A stretch of 63,999 nt of DNA, counting the filler, from Stramenopiles sp. TOSAG23-3 (Eukaryota): NCBI GenBank assembly GCA_900128585.1. It is 19 parts of 19 records of this genome, joined end to end, with 100 filler letters (N's around TTAATTAATTAA, not from the genome) between each part and the next. Parts side by side here need not be neighbours in the genome. Positions count along the whole stretch, not along the records: positions 30,470 to 33,740 come from LT644315.1; positions 33,841 to 37,108 come from LT644316.1; positions 37,209 to 40,474 come from LT644317.1; positions 40,575 to 43,839 come from LT644318.1; positions 43,940 to 47,203 come from LT644319.1; 14 more parts are not named here. One strand, 5' to 3'. Of the stretch, positions 33,497-44,450 are shown one piece after another. Below the pieces are notes generated by a model. That model made no database searches, was not told where the DNA came from, and worked only from the letters and a program-made list of their open reading frames with translations. Numbering within the stretch: the first letter of the stretch is position 1; each line of letters begins with the position of its first letter. The position numbers were made by a program, and so were the translations under genes.

Positions 33497-33840
33497 CGTC
33501 TGAACGCGCCTCGTCAATTTTTGTGCAACACTGTATTGAAACACTTGTTACCACTTACATTTGATAACTTTTCTTGTGCAAGTACAACGTAATAGCCAAT
33601 CACAATACAGTAGAAACAGTTGTTTACGGCCAGATGAATTTTTATTTTATTTTATAAGATCAAAATAGCACTGACCTAAATTGATAGCGTTGTGCAGCAT
33701 TGGATTATACGTTAAGGAAGGAACATTTGGGTAAAGTAAANNNNNNNNNNNNNNNNNNNNNNNNNNNNNNNNNNNNNNNNNNNNTTAATTAATTAANNNN
33801 NNNNNNNNNNNNNNNNNNNNNNNNNNNNNNNNNNNNNNNN

Positions 33841-34110
33841 AGAAAACAAAAGAAGAAAACAAAAGAAGAAAACAAAAGAAGAAAACAAAAGAAGAAAACA
33901 AAAGAAGAAAACAAAAGAAAACAAAAGAAAAGAAAAGAAAAGAAAAGAAAGAAGAGAAAAGAAAAGAAAAGAAAAGAAAAGAAAAGAAAGAAGAAAAGAA
34001 AAAAGAAAAGAAAAGAAAAGAAGAAAAGAAAAGAAAAGAAAAGAAAAGAAAAGAAGAAAAGAAAAGAAAGAAAGGAAAAGAAAAGAAGAAAGGAAAGGAA
34101 AGGAAAGAAA
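33841..34110. repeat. (AAAAG)n-type purine microsatellite
   Basis: Seen directly at the contig start. Confidence 0.97.
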
Positions 34111-34799
34111 GGCCTCGTATTATCATACGAATTGGTCTTCTCGCTTATATTTATTATTAATAATTAATTAGCTCCTTTTGTTTGAGGTTTGAGGTTTGAG
34201 GTTTGTTTGTTGGTTTATTTTTTAGAAAATTGAATGGTTGACTATGGCACTAAGAGGAATCCTAGTATAATATTAATAGGATGAATTACTTGTTTATATT
34301 TAATATTATATTTATCTATTACAACTATTTCATAGATATAATATAAATTAGAATATATATAAATACAACAACTTCCCTTTTTGATTGGGAAGTCGATCGA
34401 CGTAACATTCGTATTACATAAATACATAAACAGAGCATTGGTTTATTCGGTTACCCAGCCCGGGACCCGGGAACGGGGGGAAGAAGAAAGCCGCCCGTTA
34501 TTTTATTATTTTTATTTTTTTTTAATCCCTTTCCTTTGTTGTGTGCTGTTATAATATTTTCAATTTTTTTCATACAAAAAAAAAAAACGAAGAAGAAAGA
34601 AAGAAAGGAGGAGCCAAGAGAAGAAGTGAATTATGAAAATATTAAAGACACGATTGAATGAACATTGTTAGAAACCATCTTTTGAACCATTTCCCAAAAT
34701 TCTTTACCCCATCGAAATTAGTTCAAACGTTCCACACACACCACACTCAAACGCCAACGAAAGCACAAATTTAAACACGTTTGGACCGTTTCGTAGAAC

Positions 34800-36806
34800 A
34801 TGGCCCTTCGACTGTTGAAAAAGTTTGATGAGCTGGACCGAAAGGAACGGATCTTGACTGGGACGAGACGGTCGAGGTACAAACGGTTGACCGACAACCC
34901 GGACAGGAGAACGGCACGGTCACATCGGCGCCGGCCCCAGAGTGCCGGGGTACCGGTGCGACGAGTCGGTGGAAGTAGGAATAGTAGAAGGTCCCAACGC
35001 CCGCAAAGTGCAATCCCCCAGCGGAGAGCACGGCCGCGCTCGGCCATTGGCACGCGGGGGCGCCCTGTCGCCTTTCGTCGCCAAGACGGAGGCCCCGTTT
35101 CTCCTAAGAACAGACCAGCCGCGCCAGAGGTGGAGAATGTTTTTGGTGGTGGCAAAGACGTGGGGTCAAAGCAGGGTGGGAACGGGGCAAAACCGCCGCC
35201 GGCCGCTCGCCGGCCCCGCCCGGCCTCTGCGGGGCCGCTGCGAATTAGAACGGACCGATTCGGTGGGGGAGGGCACGCAAGGAAAAGGAACGATAGAAAA
35301 TTGGTTTCATCCTCGTGCAAAGGGTGGAACCGGAACATGCTGACGCGGGGCTCGTCCTTCAAAGCCCCGGGGTCGATAGGAGAAACAAAGGTAGACATTA
35401 GTCGTCGCATCGTCCACCCCCAGTTTTATTTCCTGCGAGTCTGCGTTCAAGGAATGGTGGAAGACTACGGGGGCACAGTGTTCGACGTTCAAGTCACGGA
35501 TTTGAGCGATGAGAACAGACCGGCACACTGGTACACCGATTTGGTCGCAGACCCAACGGGGCACCTGCTCTTCCGTCCACACCCAATCCCTGCCCTTAAA
35601 TCAAGATTCTCCACCCGCACCGTCATTAGCCCAATTCATGATTTTCACTGGGTCAAGACCGTGTCCCAGATGTACGGCCACGCCGTTCGCGTCCAAGTGT
35701 ACGAGCAGCAGGGCCACTTCCAAACGATGTTCATAGACCGGTGCGCCTACTACGGCAAGGCGGACCCCGCAATATCTGCCATGTCAAAGTCGTACGAGCA
35801 GTCCAGCCTGGTCCATGGAATCAGCTTGAAGAAGAAGAAGCAACGGCCGACAACCGCACCCGCCAACCGAATCACCAGGCGCGCCGAGTCCATGCTGCCC
35901 GCCTCGGGGGAAATCACCCCCAGGCCGGGCGGTGTAAGCCCAAAGAAGAGGCCGGGCGGGAGGCAACGAGGTCAACTGTCGTCCGACCTCGACACGAACG
36001 GGTCCTCGCCAAACGCTAAGGCACAGGTAAACCCGAGGGCAAGCACGAGAGAAAGCCCGCGCTTGGCCAAGGTTGGCGCAAGGGAATTGCCGGAAAAGAA
36101 GAACGCCCCCGAGACCCCGAGGGAACTGGAGATCATCAACCTACAGAAGCAAATTTCACCGAAAAATCCCCCAAGCCCATTTTTGAAATCAAAGGTGAAG
36201 CTTTCGGTTCCACCCTCGCCAAAAGTGGGGTCGCCGGCCAACGGCAGGTCGTTGAGCGGGTGGAAAAGGGATGGGATGTCGCCTTCCCCTTTCAAATCGG
36301 GGAACACAGGGCTGCGAATATCGGACGGGGCCAGTCCCCAGGCGCTGCGAAGGCAGAAGGAATCGGCGAACGGTTTAGAAGTTGTCGCAAAGGCCCACAG
36401 TAGCCCGTACTTGAAATCCAGGCGCGACTCTGCGTCCCCGCGCCCCAGCCCCAAGGAACGGGTGGGCGAAGAGGAAGCATCCTCATACGAGGCGCTGAAA
36501 ACATACAGGAAGCAAATTCTCAACAGCTTGCGGGCCGAGAACGCGCGGGCCTCTAGGCACCTCAACGAGCAGAAGACCCGGCAAACGCTTCTGGGAAAGG
36601 GGAACGCGATGCAGCTGAGGACAAACCCCGTTGATGTCGCCATTCGCAAAAAGTCACCGACTCGCAGCCTCTTGGTAGACATCGATAAAGCTACAATTCC
36701 GATTCCTGTAGAAAGCAAGTTTTCCGACGAGCTCGATGAGCAAGAAAAACAGGACCGCGATTTGGCAATGTTCTTGGAATTCAGCAAGAAACATGCGAAG
36801 AAGTGA
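34800..36806 (+). CDS. Hypothetical basic protein with repeated RPxSA motifs and a small central beta-rich domain
   Basis: 668-aa ATG ORF. RPQSA twice, RPRSA, RPASA and RPTTA; many SP sites. Confidence 0.8.
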   Translation: MALRLLKKFDELDRKERILTGTRRSRYKRLTDNPDRRTARSHRRRPQSAGVPVRRVGGSRNSRRSQRPQSAIPQRRARPRSAIGTRGRPVAFRRQDGGPVSPKNRPAAPEVENVFGGGKDVGSKQGGNGAKPPPAARRPRPASAGPLRIRTDRFGGGGHARKRNDRKLVSSSCKGWNRNMLTRGSSFKAPGSIGETKVDISRRIVHPQFYFLRVCVQGMVEDYGGTVFDVQVTDLSDENRPAHWYTDLVADPTGHLLFRPHPIPALKSRFSTRTVISPIHDFHWVKTVSQMYGHAVRVQVYEQQGHFQTMFIDRCAYYGKADPAISAMSKSYEQSSLVHGISLKKKKQRPTTAPANRITRRAESMLPASGEITPRPGGVSPKKRPGGRQRGQLSSDLDTNGSSPNAKAQVNPRASTRESPRLAKVGARELPEKKNAPETPRELEIINLQKQISPKNPPSPFLKSKVKLSVPPSPKVGSPANGRSLSGWKRDGMSPSPFKSGNTGLRISDGASPQALRRQKESANGLEVVAKAHSSPYLKSRRDSASPRPSPKERVGEEEASSYEALKTYRKQILNSLRAENARASRHLNEQKTRQTLLGKGNAMQLRTNPVDVAIRKKSPTRSLLVDIDKATIPIPVESKFSDELDEQEKQDRDLAMFLEFSKKHAKK

Positions 36807-37528
36807 AGCGAGGGGGAGATAAATCAGTGTTTTGCAATTGTGTCCTCGACATCTTCGAATAAAATGTCGTAAGATTCTGTTTCGTAAATAATAAATGTTT
36901 TAAACTTTTAAAAGACAAACAAAATATAGTCTTTCATGTTATAGTGTCTTAATGTTATTATTATATAAATTTATATTGTACTTTATGTTTTCCGTAAATA
37001 AAATCCAATTTTAATTATAAAAAAAGAAAAATATTAAAAGTATCGTACCACCTGTTCGCTATTACGATGTAAATACTATTGAATCTCATTTTGATATAAA
37101 AGTATATANNNNNNNNNNNNNNNNNNNNNNNNNNNNNNNNNNNNNNNNNNNNTTAATTAATTAANNNNNNNNNNNNNNNNNNNNNNNNNNNNNNNNNNNN
37201 NNNNNNNNAAAATAATAATAAATAATAATAATAAAAAATATATTACTGTATAATAAAATAATAATAATAAATAAACAACAACAAAAAAAGAAGAAGAAGA
37301 AAACCGCTTTCTCTTCTTTCTTATTTTTTTCATTTCGTCGTACCTAAACAAAAGTCCAAATCAATCAATCAACAAACAAGCTGAAAAGAAAGAAAAAGAC
37401 TTTTGAATAATTTACGCCTTGATCATACGTTCAAAAGGTGATTTATTTACTTATTATTCAACCAACAATTTAAAGAATTGCTGGGTGCTACATATATAGA
37501 TAGCACGGGAAAAAGTAGAGAGACCACC

Positions 37529-38047
37529 ATGGTGGACGTGTGGAATGTCATAAGAAACGACGCAAAGTCGAAAGGGATAAAGTTTGCACAGCCTACGTTT
37601 AACTCCAACGTGATGGGATTTTACCATGCTGTCAACTGGCAGGAGCGGTGGATCCAGTGCATTTTGTTGTTTCATGTTTTTGTAATTACCCTTGTCATCG
37701 TGACCCGCAACAATTCCAATATTCATAGCCTGCTCTTGGCGGCAATATGCGTCACCGTGTACTTTGCAGAGACCTTCAACACCTACGGTGCAGAAAATTG
37801 GGAAACGTTTTCCACTCAAGACTATTTTGACAAGAACGGCGTGTTTGTCACCGTTGTGTTCAGCGCGCCGCTTGTGTTTACCGGGTTTTCTATGACGCTG
37901 TACACCATGTACAAGTCGTCCCAACTGCTGATAAAAGTGAAACGGAAGGAACTCGGTGTTGACAAAAAGGACCGAAAGAAGAAGAAAACTGAGTTGGGCA
38001 AAAAAAAGAAGGGAGGGGGCGGGGACAACAAGCCGAAATCGGACTGA
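37529..38047 (+). CDS. TMEM18: Transmembrane protein 18 (start uncertain)
   Basis: FYHAVNWQERW...AETFN...NWETFSTQDYFDKNGVF...SAP plus a basic C-terminal tail. Confidence 0.88.
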   Translation: MVDVWNVIRNDAKSKGIKFAQPTFNSNVMGFYHAVNWQERWIQCILLFHVFVITLVIVTRNNSNIHSLLLAAICVTVYFAETFNTYGAENWETFSTQDYFDKNGVFVTVVFSAPLVFTGFSMTLYTMYKSSQLLIKVKRKELGVDKKDRKKKKTELGKKKKGGGGDNKPKSD

Positions 38048-38134
38048 GCGGTGGGGGGATGCAAAGTACAAAGTATGTTTTTACCATTTGTCATTTCACA
38101 ATATTGTACGAAGAATCTTTTCATCTTTTAATGT

Positions 38135-39940
38135 TTACTCTTCCGTCTCGTCCACAAACTCTGGGACGGCACCAACTTTCCCAACCCTCCACCCTTTGAA
38201 CTTTTCCCGGGGGGTCGCGATGGCGGAGACCTGCGGGGTCGCGATGGTGGAGACCTGCGGGGTCGCGATGGCGGCGGCCTGCGGGGTCGCGATGGCGGCG
38301 ATCAACGCGGCCCCCTTCCCAGAGCCGTCAGGGGACAACTCCAACTTAATGTTCTTTTTGTCGCCAAACATTTCCAAAAGAGCAATCTGCATGTTCTCTT
38401 TGAAGAATGGGTAATGCTCGAACACCGACCCGTCGATCGCTACGGTGCAACTATCTTCTTTGTGGATTTTTCGGATGACCGCCCCGATGGCCGCCGCCGA
38501 CAACCGTGCTGCGCGCGTGGACACCATGTCGCACACGTCCCTCAGGACCGCTTTGTCTGACTCGGATGTGCTCGACCAGAGGCGCCAAAAATTTGCGAAG
38601 CGCTCGACCTCCTCCTCGTTCACGCCTTTGGCCCTTGCGAGGCTTTTGCACAGCTCGACGGTGTACTCCCCCTGCCCCGCTTTGGCGGCGGCCTGCTTCC
38701 ACGGGTTGTTCTCGTCCACCTCGGCGCCCCCGCCTTGGATGAGGGACATCATTGGGGTCAAAAAGGCGTGGGGGGACGTGAACACGCGGTCGACCAGGTC
38801 CTTGGCCCCGCCCTCCCGGTTCGAAAACAAAGCGTTCTCTTCGCGCAGCCGCTGGCACGCGATCCTTGCAATTTCCCCCAGGTACCGCCCACTGATCTGT
38901 TTCTCAAACCGCTGCTGCCCCGGGTGCTCATCAGCGTCGATCGCGGCATCGATGCTGTTCCACATGCCAGGGATCTTGTTCGAATCGAACGCTCCCCACT
39001 CCATGTTGATGATGACCTTGTCCTTTCCCGCGGGGGCATCGTCCCACTTCGTCACGTTGGCAATGTCCTCCACGTAGCACGCGTTGCACCCCGTGCCCAG
39101 AATGACACCGAGCACGGTGTCCGGCGCTTCGATGACGTGCGCCACCAGCGTTCCCACGGTGTCGTTCACCAGGGCAGCCACGTTCACGTTGATCGAGCTC
39201 TTCTCGAACGCCTGCTGGAGCAGCCCGACGACGTCCTCCCCCTCCACCCCTGGGGTATGGAACCCTTTCGTCCAATGCACCAGGGAGCCGGCATTCAGCG
39301 CGTACTGGGTGCACGGGAAGGAAAACGTAAACCCAAGCGGCAAAGGCTTGCCGCCGTTGTCCCCGGCGGGCAGGGCTGCGACAGTGTCTGCAATGAACTG
39401 AAACAGGGCCTCTCCCGAGCTCTCTTTCGACATAGTGTTGGCCGGTATTTTCGCTTTCTTCGACGCCGCCAGCGAAACTTCCCCATCCTTCAGCTTGAAA
39501 CGCAGGACGCGAAAGTTGCTCCCTCCCAAATCGAGCGCTAAAAATTCCCCGTCTTCTTTCCCGGTCGGAAGGTCGCAGACGTACGACGGGAGCATTTTAA
39601 ACATGCACCCGTCCTTTTCCAGCCCCCTCTCCATCTCGACCGTCATGTCCGCCGCTATCTTTTCCAGCAGCTCCACGGGGGTGTCAAACTCGAGCTGCAA
39701 CTTTTTCAATTCAAAGGACGTGCTCTCGACGTCCAGCGAGCTGGAAGCAGGGGCAAGCTTCACCTCGTCGCACCGTGCAGGCTCAAAGACAGACGGGGAC
39801 AATTGGGATTCAAATGCAGCCACCCAACCACTCCGTTGGGCGTGACTATCGGCGAACGACTGGGACCACACACCATAACCGAGCGCGGCACTGGCAGCCG
39901 ACGCCGCAGCAACCCGGGCACGGAGCGCAAAAGTTGCCAT
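38135..39940 (-). CDS. HXK: Hexokinase with a mitochondrial-type N-terminal extension
   Basis: LALDLGGSNFRV, LGFTFSFPC, WTKGF, VNDTVGTL, ILGTGCNACY, INMEWG, FEKQISGRYLGE and DGSGKGAA motifs. Confidence 0.97.
   Translation of the reverse strand: MATFALRARVAAASAASAALGYGVWSQSFADSHAQRSGWVAAFESQLSPSVFEPARCDEVKLAPASSSLDVESTSFELKKLQLEFDTPVELLEKIAADMTVEMERGLEKDGCMFKMLPSYVCDLPTGKEDGEFLALDLGGSNFRVLRFKLKDGEVSLAASKKAKIPANTMSKESSGEALFQFIADTVAALPAGDNGGKPLPLGFTFSFPCTQYALNAGSLVHWTKGFHTPGVEGEDVVGLLQQAFEKSSINVNVAALVNDTVGTLVAHVIEAPDTVLGVILGTGCNACYVEDIANVTKWDDAPAGKDKVIINMEWGAFDSNKIPGMWNSIDAAIDADEHPGQQRFEKQISGRYLGEIARIACQRLREENALFSNREGGAKDLVDRVFTSPHAFLTPMMSLIQGGGAEVDENNPWKQAAAKAGQGEYTVELCKSLARAKGVNEEEVERFANFWRLWSSTSESDKAVLRDVCDMVSTRAARLSAAAIGAVIRKIHKEDSCTVAIDGSVFEHYPFFKENMQIALLEMFGDKKNIKLELSPDGSGKGAALIAAIATPQAAAIATPQVSTIATPQVSAIATPREKFKGWRVGKVGAVPEFVDETEE
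38211..38300 (-). repeat. 24-bp coding tandem repeat (about 3.7 copies, xIATPQxx)
   Basis: ggggtcgcgatgg(c/t)gg(a/c)g(a/g)cctgc units. Confidence 0.95.
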
Positions 39941-40369
39941 AACTTTTAAATGTATACTGGCTGTACAAAAAGAGTTGGATGGAATGAATACGTACCTTTA
40001 TTTTTCTTCACTCGCCTTGCGCGTGAAAAAACAGAGGGAATGAAGAAGCGCGCACAAATCGGATGAATTTTAATTCACTCCATTCCTTATACCTTTCCTC
40101 CAAAATAGAAAAAACAAAACTCAAAATTATTATTTCATTATTATTATTATATATATTATTGGAAGAAGAAGAAGAATTATTTTATTATTATAATAATAAA
40201 ATATAGTAGTCATCATCGTCTATTATTATCCATTATAATTATTATATTATTAGACTAAATAAATAATAAAAAAAAATAATAAATGTCCACCCAAATAATA
40301 AACACCACCAACAACGGAGTAAAAACATTAATATAAAAATACCATAGTGACTCGTGACGCGCTTATCCT

Positions 40370-40410
40370 AGAAAGAAAGAAAGAAAGAAAGAGTCGAAAG
40401 AAAGAGTCGA

Positions 40411-40446
<36 letters not shown>

Positions 40447-40650
40447 GTCGAAAGAAAGAAAGAAAGAAAGAAAGNNNNNNNNNNNNNNNNNNNNNNNNNN
40501 NNNNNNNNNNNNNNNNNNTTAATTAATTAANNNNNNNNNNNNNNNNNNNNNNNNNNNNNNNNNNNNNNNNNNNNAGAAGAAGAAGAAGAAGAAGAAGAAG
40601 AAGAAGAAGAAGAAGAAGAAGAAGAAGAAGAAGAAAGAAGAAGAAAGAAG
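40370..40650. repeat. (GAAA)n and (GAA)n microsatellites at two contig ends either side of a linker
   Basis: Seen directly. Confidence 0.95.
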
Positions 40651-40681
40651 AAAAAAGAATATAATTTTTATTAAATCAAAA

Positions 40682-40727
40682 TAATACTAAATAGCATACA
40701 GCTGATACGATATGCTATTTAGTATTA
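40682..40727. other. Perfect 17-bp hairpin with a 12-nt loop
   Basis: taatactaaatagcata / tatgctatttagtatta. Confidence 0.9.
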
Positions 40728-41169
40728 AACAACTTTTTTTCGGTATTTCTTTCATTTTATTATTATAAGTATATATACTGTATACTAAAACATTTCAATA
40801 GGATGAATCATTTTATATTATACCCTAATTACAACACTATAATGAAGAAATTCAAAAAAAAAAAGAAGAAGAGAGAGAAGAAGAAGAAATAATATAATAT
40901 TTTTTTATTGTCTTTTTTTTGGTGTGGTTGTTGGTGGTTGGTGAAAAAGTTGAAAGTCTAAGATAAGTATGTAACTGAAAGGATAAAATGTTTCATGTTA
41001 TCATATTTTTTTGTGATTGTGTGCGTTGCTGTGTGTTTGGCGAGTATATGCGGGTCTCTTGTGATTGTTTAGGTGTTTTGATCTATACTACTCTTTCAAA
41101 TTTAGAAAGGAGAAGAAGCCCCGTTGCCGGTGTGGTTGGCGGCGTGTTGCTGGCTGTTTAGTGTATCGT

Positions 41170-42735
41170 ATGGCTTCGGGGTCGTTGTGGGGGAAACTCT
41201 CTGACTTGGCAGATAGGGCAAATGATATTATAGGCGAGAACATTGATAACTTATTAGAAGAGTCAGACGGTAGTTACTACTCCGATGAAAACGCTTACGA
41301 AGAGGACGCCGAACGTCCACCGGAGGGCGAACCGGGCGTCCGACGCGAGCCACCACCGCAACGTCCTGAGCCGGGGAGGCCAATAGTAACGGTTGCCGCC
41401 CCTGGAGTCTTGAAATCACCTAGTGTCGTTGCCGCAGTAAACACGACCGAAAAGCCGAACGCGTCGGACGTAGAGGGCAAGGCCAACAAGAAAAAGGTGG
41501 AGGCGGTTATTTCACTGACAGAGGTGGTGGTTGCCCCTCCAAAAGCAGTGCAACAGTTGCGAATCGACGCGCCAGCGGCCACCAGGTCTCCGGCGGCCCC
41601 CCATACACCGGCTACCCCTCCACGACTAAAGGAAGCTCTAAAAGTAGCAGAGATAACCGCAACGACGGCAATTAACGCTCAAATGGCGATGGCGGAGCGG
41701 TGCGCCTCGGCGGAGGAACGGGTTGCGGATTTGCAGGCAGAGCTCCACAGGTTAAGGAAAGCGGAAGAGCGGCACCTAGGGACTCAAAAAGAGTTGCAGC
41801 GGGCTCACCAGCGCATTGAAGAGTTGAACGATGGCATGAGCGCGCTGGAGAGAAAAATGAAGGCCCACGAGCTGGACACGGATAAAGCAAAGATGCGAGC
41901 AGAGGAGTATGGGCGGGAGCTTCGCAGCACCAAACTGGAGTTGGACAATGCGATGGAAGCCTCGACGCAAGATTCGGGGACGGCCAAGGTGACGATTAAC
42001 GAGCTGCAAGTCCGCGTCAGCGAGCTAGAAATCGTCGAGCAATCCGTGCGGGTTTTGGAGGCGGACTATGCGGGCACGAAGGCAGACCTTGCAATGAAGG
42101 ACGACGATCTAAAGCGGGCAACGGAGGAGCTGACAAACTTGCGCGGCGTCCTTGAAGGATTTAGTTCCGAATTGTCCGACACGAAGAATAAATGTACAGA
42201 AGACGTCATGGCCACACGGGAGAAGGCAAGGAAAGAGAAGGAAAAGATGCAAATGGAGTGGGAACAAATGTTGAACCACTGGAAGACGAAGGGGGAGAAT
42301 GCCGACCAGAAAATAAAGGAATTAGAATCGAACTTGAAGGTGAAAACGGTCGCCCTTACAGAATCAGCCGCGGAGGAGGCGAAGCTACTCCGGGCCCTCG
42401 ACCGAGCCGCGAAGAAGCTTACCCTCGGGGCGGACGAAGAGTTAGTCGACCGCCGTTTGGTGAACAAACTCCTTACCACCTACCTGGACAGTTCCAAACA
42501 GTTCGACCCTGAGGTGTTGACCCTCATGGCCAATATCCTCGGGTTTTCAAAAGAAGAGAAGGAGCGCATCGGTGCAGTGCGGCTCAACGCTGCGAACGGA
42601 GGGCGGCCCGGCAGTTGGTGGGGAGGCGGCGGAAGCAACGCCGGCGTGCCGAAGAAGCGCATAGACCCCTCGAAGGTTGCCTCATTGGATGATTTGTGGA
42701 AGAACTTCTTGATGGAAGACGACGACGACGATTGA
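41170..42735 (+). CDS. GRAB-domain golgin (GMAP-210/Rud3/plant GC3-4-like)
   Basis: Long coiled coil; VDRRLVNKLLTTYL...EVLTLMANILGFSKEEKERIG; terminal SLDDLWKNFLMED. Confidence 0.85.
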   Translation: MASGSLWGKLSDLADRANDIIGENIDNLLEESDGSYYSDENAYEEDAERPPEGEPGVRREPPPQRPEPGRPIVTVAAPGVLKSPSVVAAVNTTEKPNASDVEGKANKKKVEAVISLTEVVVAPPKAVQQLRIDAPAATRSPAAPHTPATPPRLKEALKVAEITATTAINAQMAMAERCASAEERVADLQAELHRLRKAEERHLGTQKELQRAHQRIEELNDGMSALERKMKAHELDTDKAKMRAEEYGRELRSTKLELDNAMEASTQDSGTAKVTINELQVRVSELEIVEQSVRVLEADYAGTKADLAMKDDDLKRATEELTNLRGVLEGFSSELSDTKNKCTEDVMATREKARKEKEKMQMEWEQMLNHWKTKGENADQKIKELESNLKVKTVALTESAAEEAKLLRALDRAAKKLTLGADEELVDRRLVNKLLTTYLDSSKQFDPEVLTLMANILGFSKEEKERIGAVRLNAANGGRPGSWWGGGGSNAGVPKKRIDPSKVASLDDLWKNFLMEDDDDD

Positions 42736-42872
42736 GAATCTGTCGCCGGGCGCTACAGATTTTGTACGATAAATTCACAGGACCGATAGAAGAACGAGGA
42801 ACGTTCAGACTTTATAATGCACTTCCTAATTTTTATAAAATAAACTAAGAAATCCTTACACCTCCTAAGAAT

Positions 42873-42995
42873 TAAGAGTCTTACCTCGTAATTTCTTTTG
42901 ATTAAACGAAAAGCGTCACATTCCCATGAAACATGTTACAGTCATACAACTTTGTAGTAAAAAAAACAAATTATGTAGTAATACTATACTCTTAC
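42873..42995. repeat. Dispersed 3'-intergenic repeat, F-like and B modules
   Basis: aagagtctta at 42874; aaaaaacaaattatgtag at 42962; lies between the convergent golgin and Rab18 genes. Confidence 0.55.
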
Positions 42996-43059
42996 GAATT
43001 ATATATATAAACGCACGCAGAGCAACGCGGCGGTGCCCCATGCCTCGGCCACTTGGGGG

Positions 43060-43686
43060 TTAACAACAGCCATAACCATCGCCGCCTTCGCCACTGCTGT
43101 ACTCGGAGTTCAACCGCGTTGGCTGGGTTCTACGCTGAGAAGTGATTTCCATCAGTTTCGGATTATCCATGATTTTCATTATTAACTCGTTGAACACTTC
43201 GTCGATTCCGACTTTTGTTTTCGCGCTGGCCTCGAGGAACAGCATCCCCTTGGCACGCGCCCATGCCTCCCCTTCCCGCCGACTGACGGCACGAGGTTCT
43301 TTATCAATCTTGTTTCCTACCAACAATTTGACGACGTTTTGGCCCCCACCCGGGGCATAAACGTCTACTTCTTGCAACCATACCGCAAGGGCTTCGAAGG
43401 TTTCTCTACGTGTTACGTCGTACGTCAGCACTATTCCCTGGGCACCACGGTAATATGCACTCGTCAACGTGCGGAACCGCTCCTGTCCGGCCGTATCCCA
43501 TATTGTCAGTTTAATACTTCTTCCGTTCTGATTCACTATTTTCACTTTAAAATCTACCCCAATCGTACTTTGCAAGTTTGAGTCAAACGTGTTCTCAGTG
43601 TACCGAAGCAAAATCGACGACTTTCCTACGCCCGCATCGCCAATGAGCAACAGCTTGAAAATGTTATCGTATTCCGCGGTTGCCAT
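43060..43686 (-). CDS. RAB18: Rab GTPase, Rab18/RabC subfamily
   Basis: GDAGVGKSS, TIGVDFKVK, KLTIWDTAGQERFRTLTSAYYRGAQG, VGNKID, EASAK and terminal CC. Confidence 0.93.
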   Translation of the reverse strand: MATAEYDNIFKLLLIGDAGVGKSSILLRYTENTFDSNLQSTIGVDFKVKIVNQNGRSIKLTIWDTAGQERFRTLTSAYYRGAQGIVLTYDVTRRETFEALAVWLQEVDVYAPGGGQNVVKLLVGNKIDKEPRAVSRREGEAWARAKGMLFLEASAKTKVGIDEVFNELIMKIMDNPKLMEITSQRRTQPTRLNSEYSSGEGGDGYGCC

Positions 43687-44450
43687 GGTTATCCTTCATT
43701 AACTTTTTCATACGGTCTAGTGTGTCACTGTCTTTATAGTGTTTTCTGCGACGTACATCGTTTTTAACTCTAAAGCTGTGTGAACTAAAACGAATGTTCT
43801 GAAATTTTATCTCGTAACGTAATAATATTTTTTTATTATNNNNNNNNNNNNNNNNNNNNNNNNNNNNNNNNNNNNNNNNNNNNTTAATTAATTAANNNNN
43901 NNNNNNNNNNNNNNNNNNNNNNNNNNNNNNNNNNNNNNNTTATTAGTCAAAAATATAATAAAGAAAGGTTGCTTCCTTTCTTTTTTGTTGGAGGATGATG
44001 TCCCTCTTGTGAAGAGGTACAACAACAACACAGGATTAGTATACGACTATATATAGGACTTCTTGTATTAATAATAAATGAATATACCAGCATAGCAGCG
44101 CCAAATTAATGAAATTTGTAACCCTTGCCTTGGTACAACTAACTCTTTCAAATTCACTCATTCGTTCTATTTGCCCGTTACAATTTAAAAAAATTTATTA
44201 AAAAAAATTAACATACGTACCATTATGAACAATTAGAATAATAAAAAAGAAGGAAGAAGAATGTTCTTCTTCTTTCTTATAACTACGAGAAAAGCGTTTG
44301 TTAATTCTTTAATTCCCCGGGCGTCGAACGGAAAAAATTGAAACGGCATGCTTAGTATAGTACAGACCGAAACGATCGCTCACGAAGGAATTTATTGGTG
44401 GGGAAAAGAAGAGGCCTGTTCAATCGATTGGTACTACGACGTTAGGAAAC

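Noticed and set aside
33785-34126. Phe/Ser-rich ORF
   Set aside because: Translation of an AAAAG microsatellite. Similar spurious ORFs occur at 23127, 37157, 47827 and 60702.
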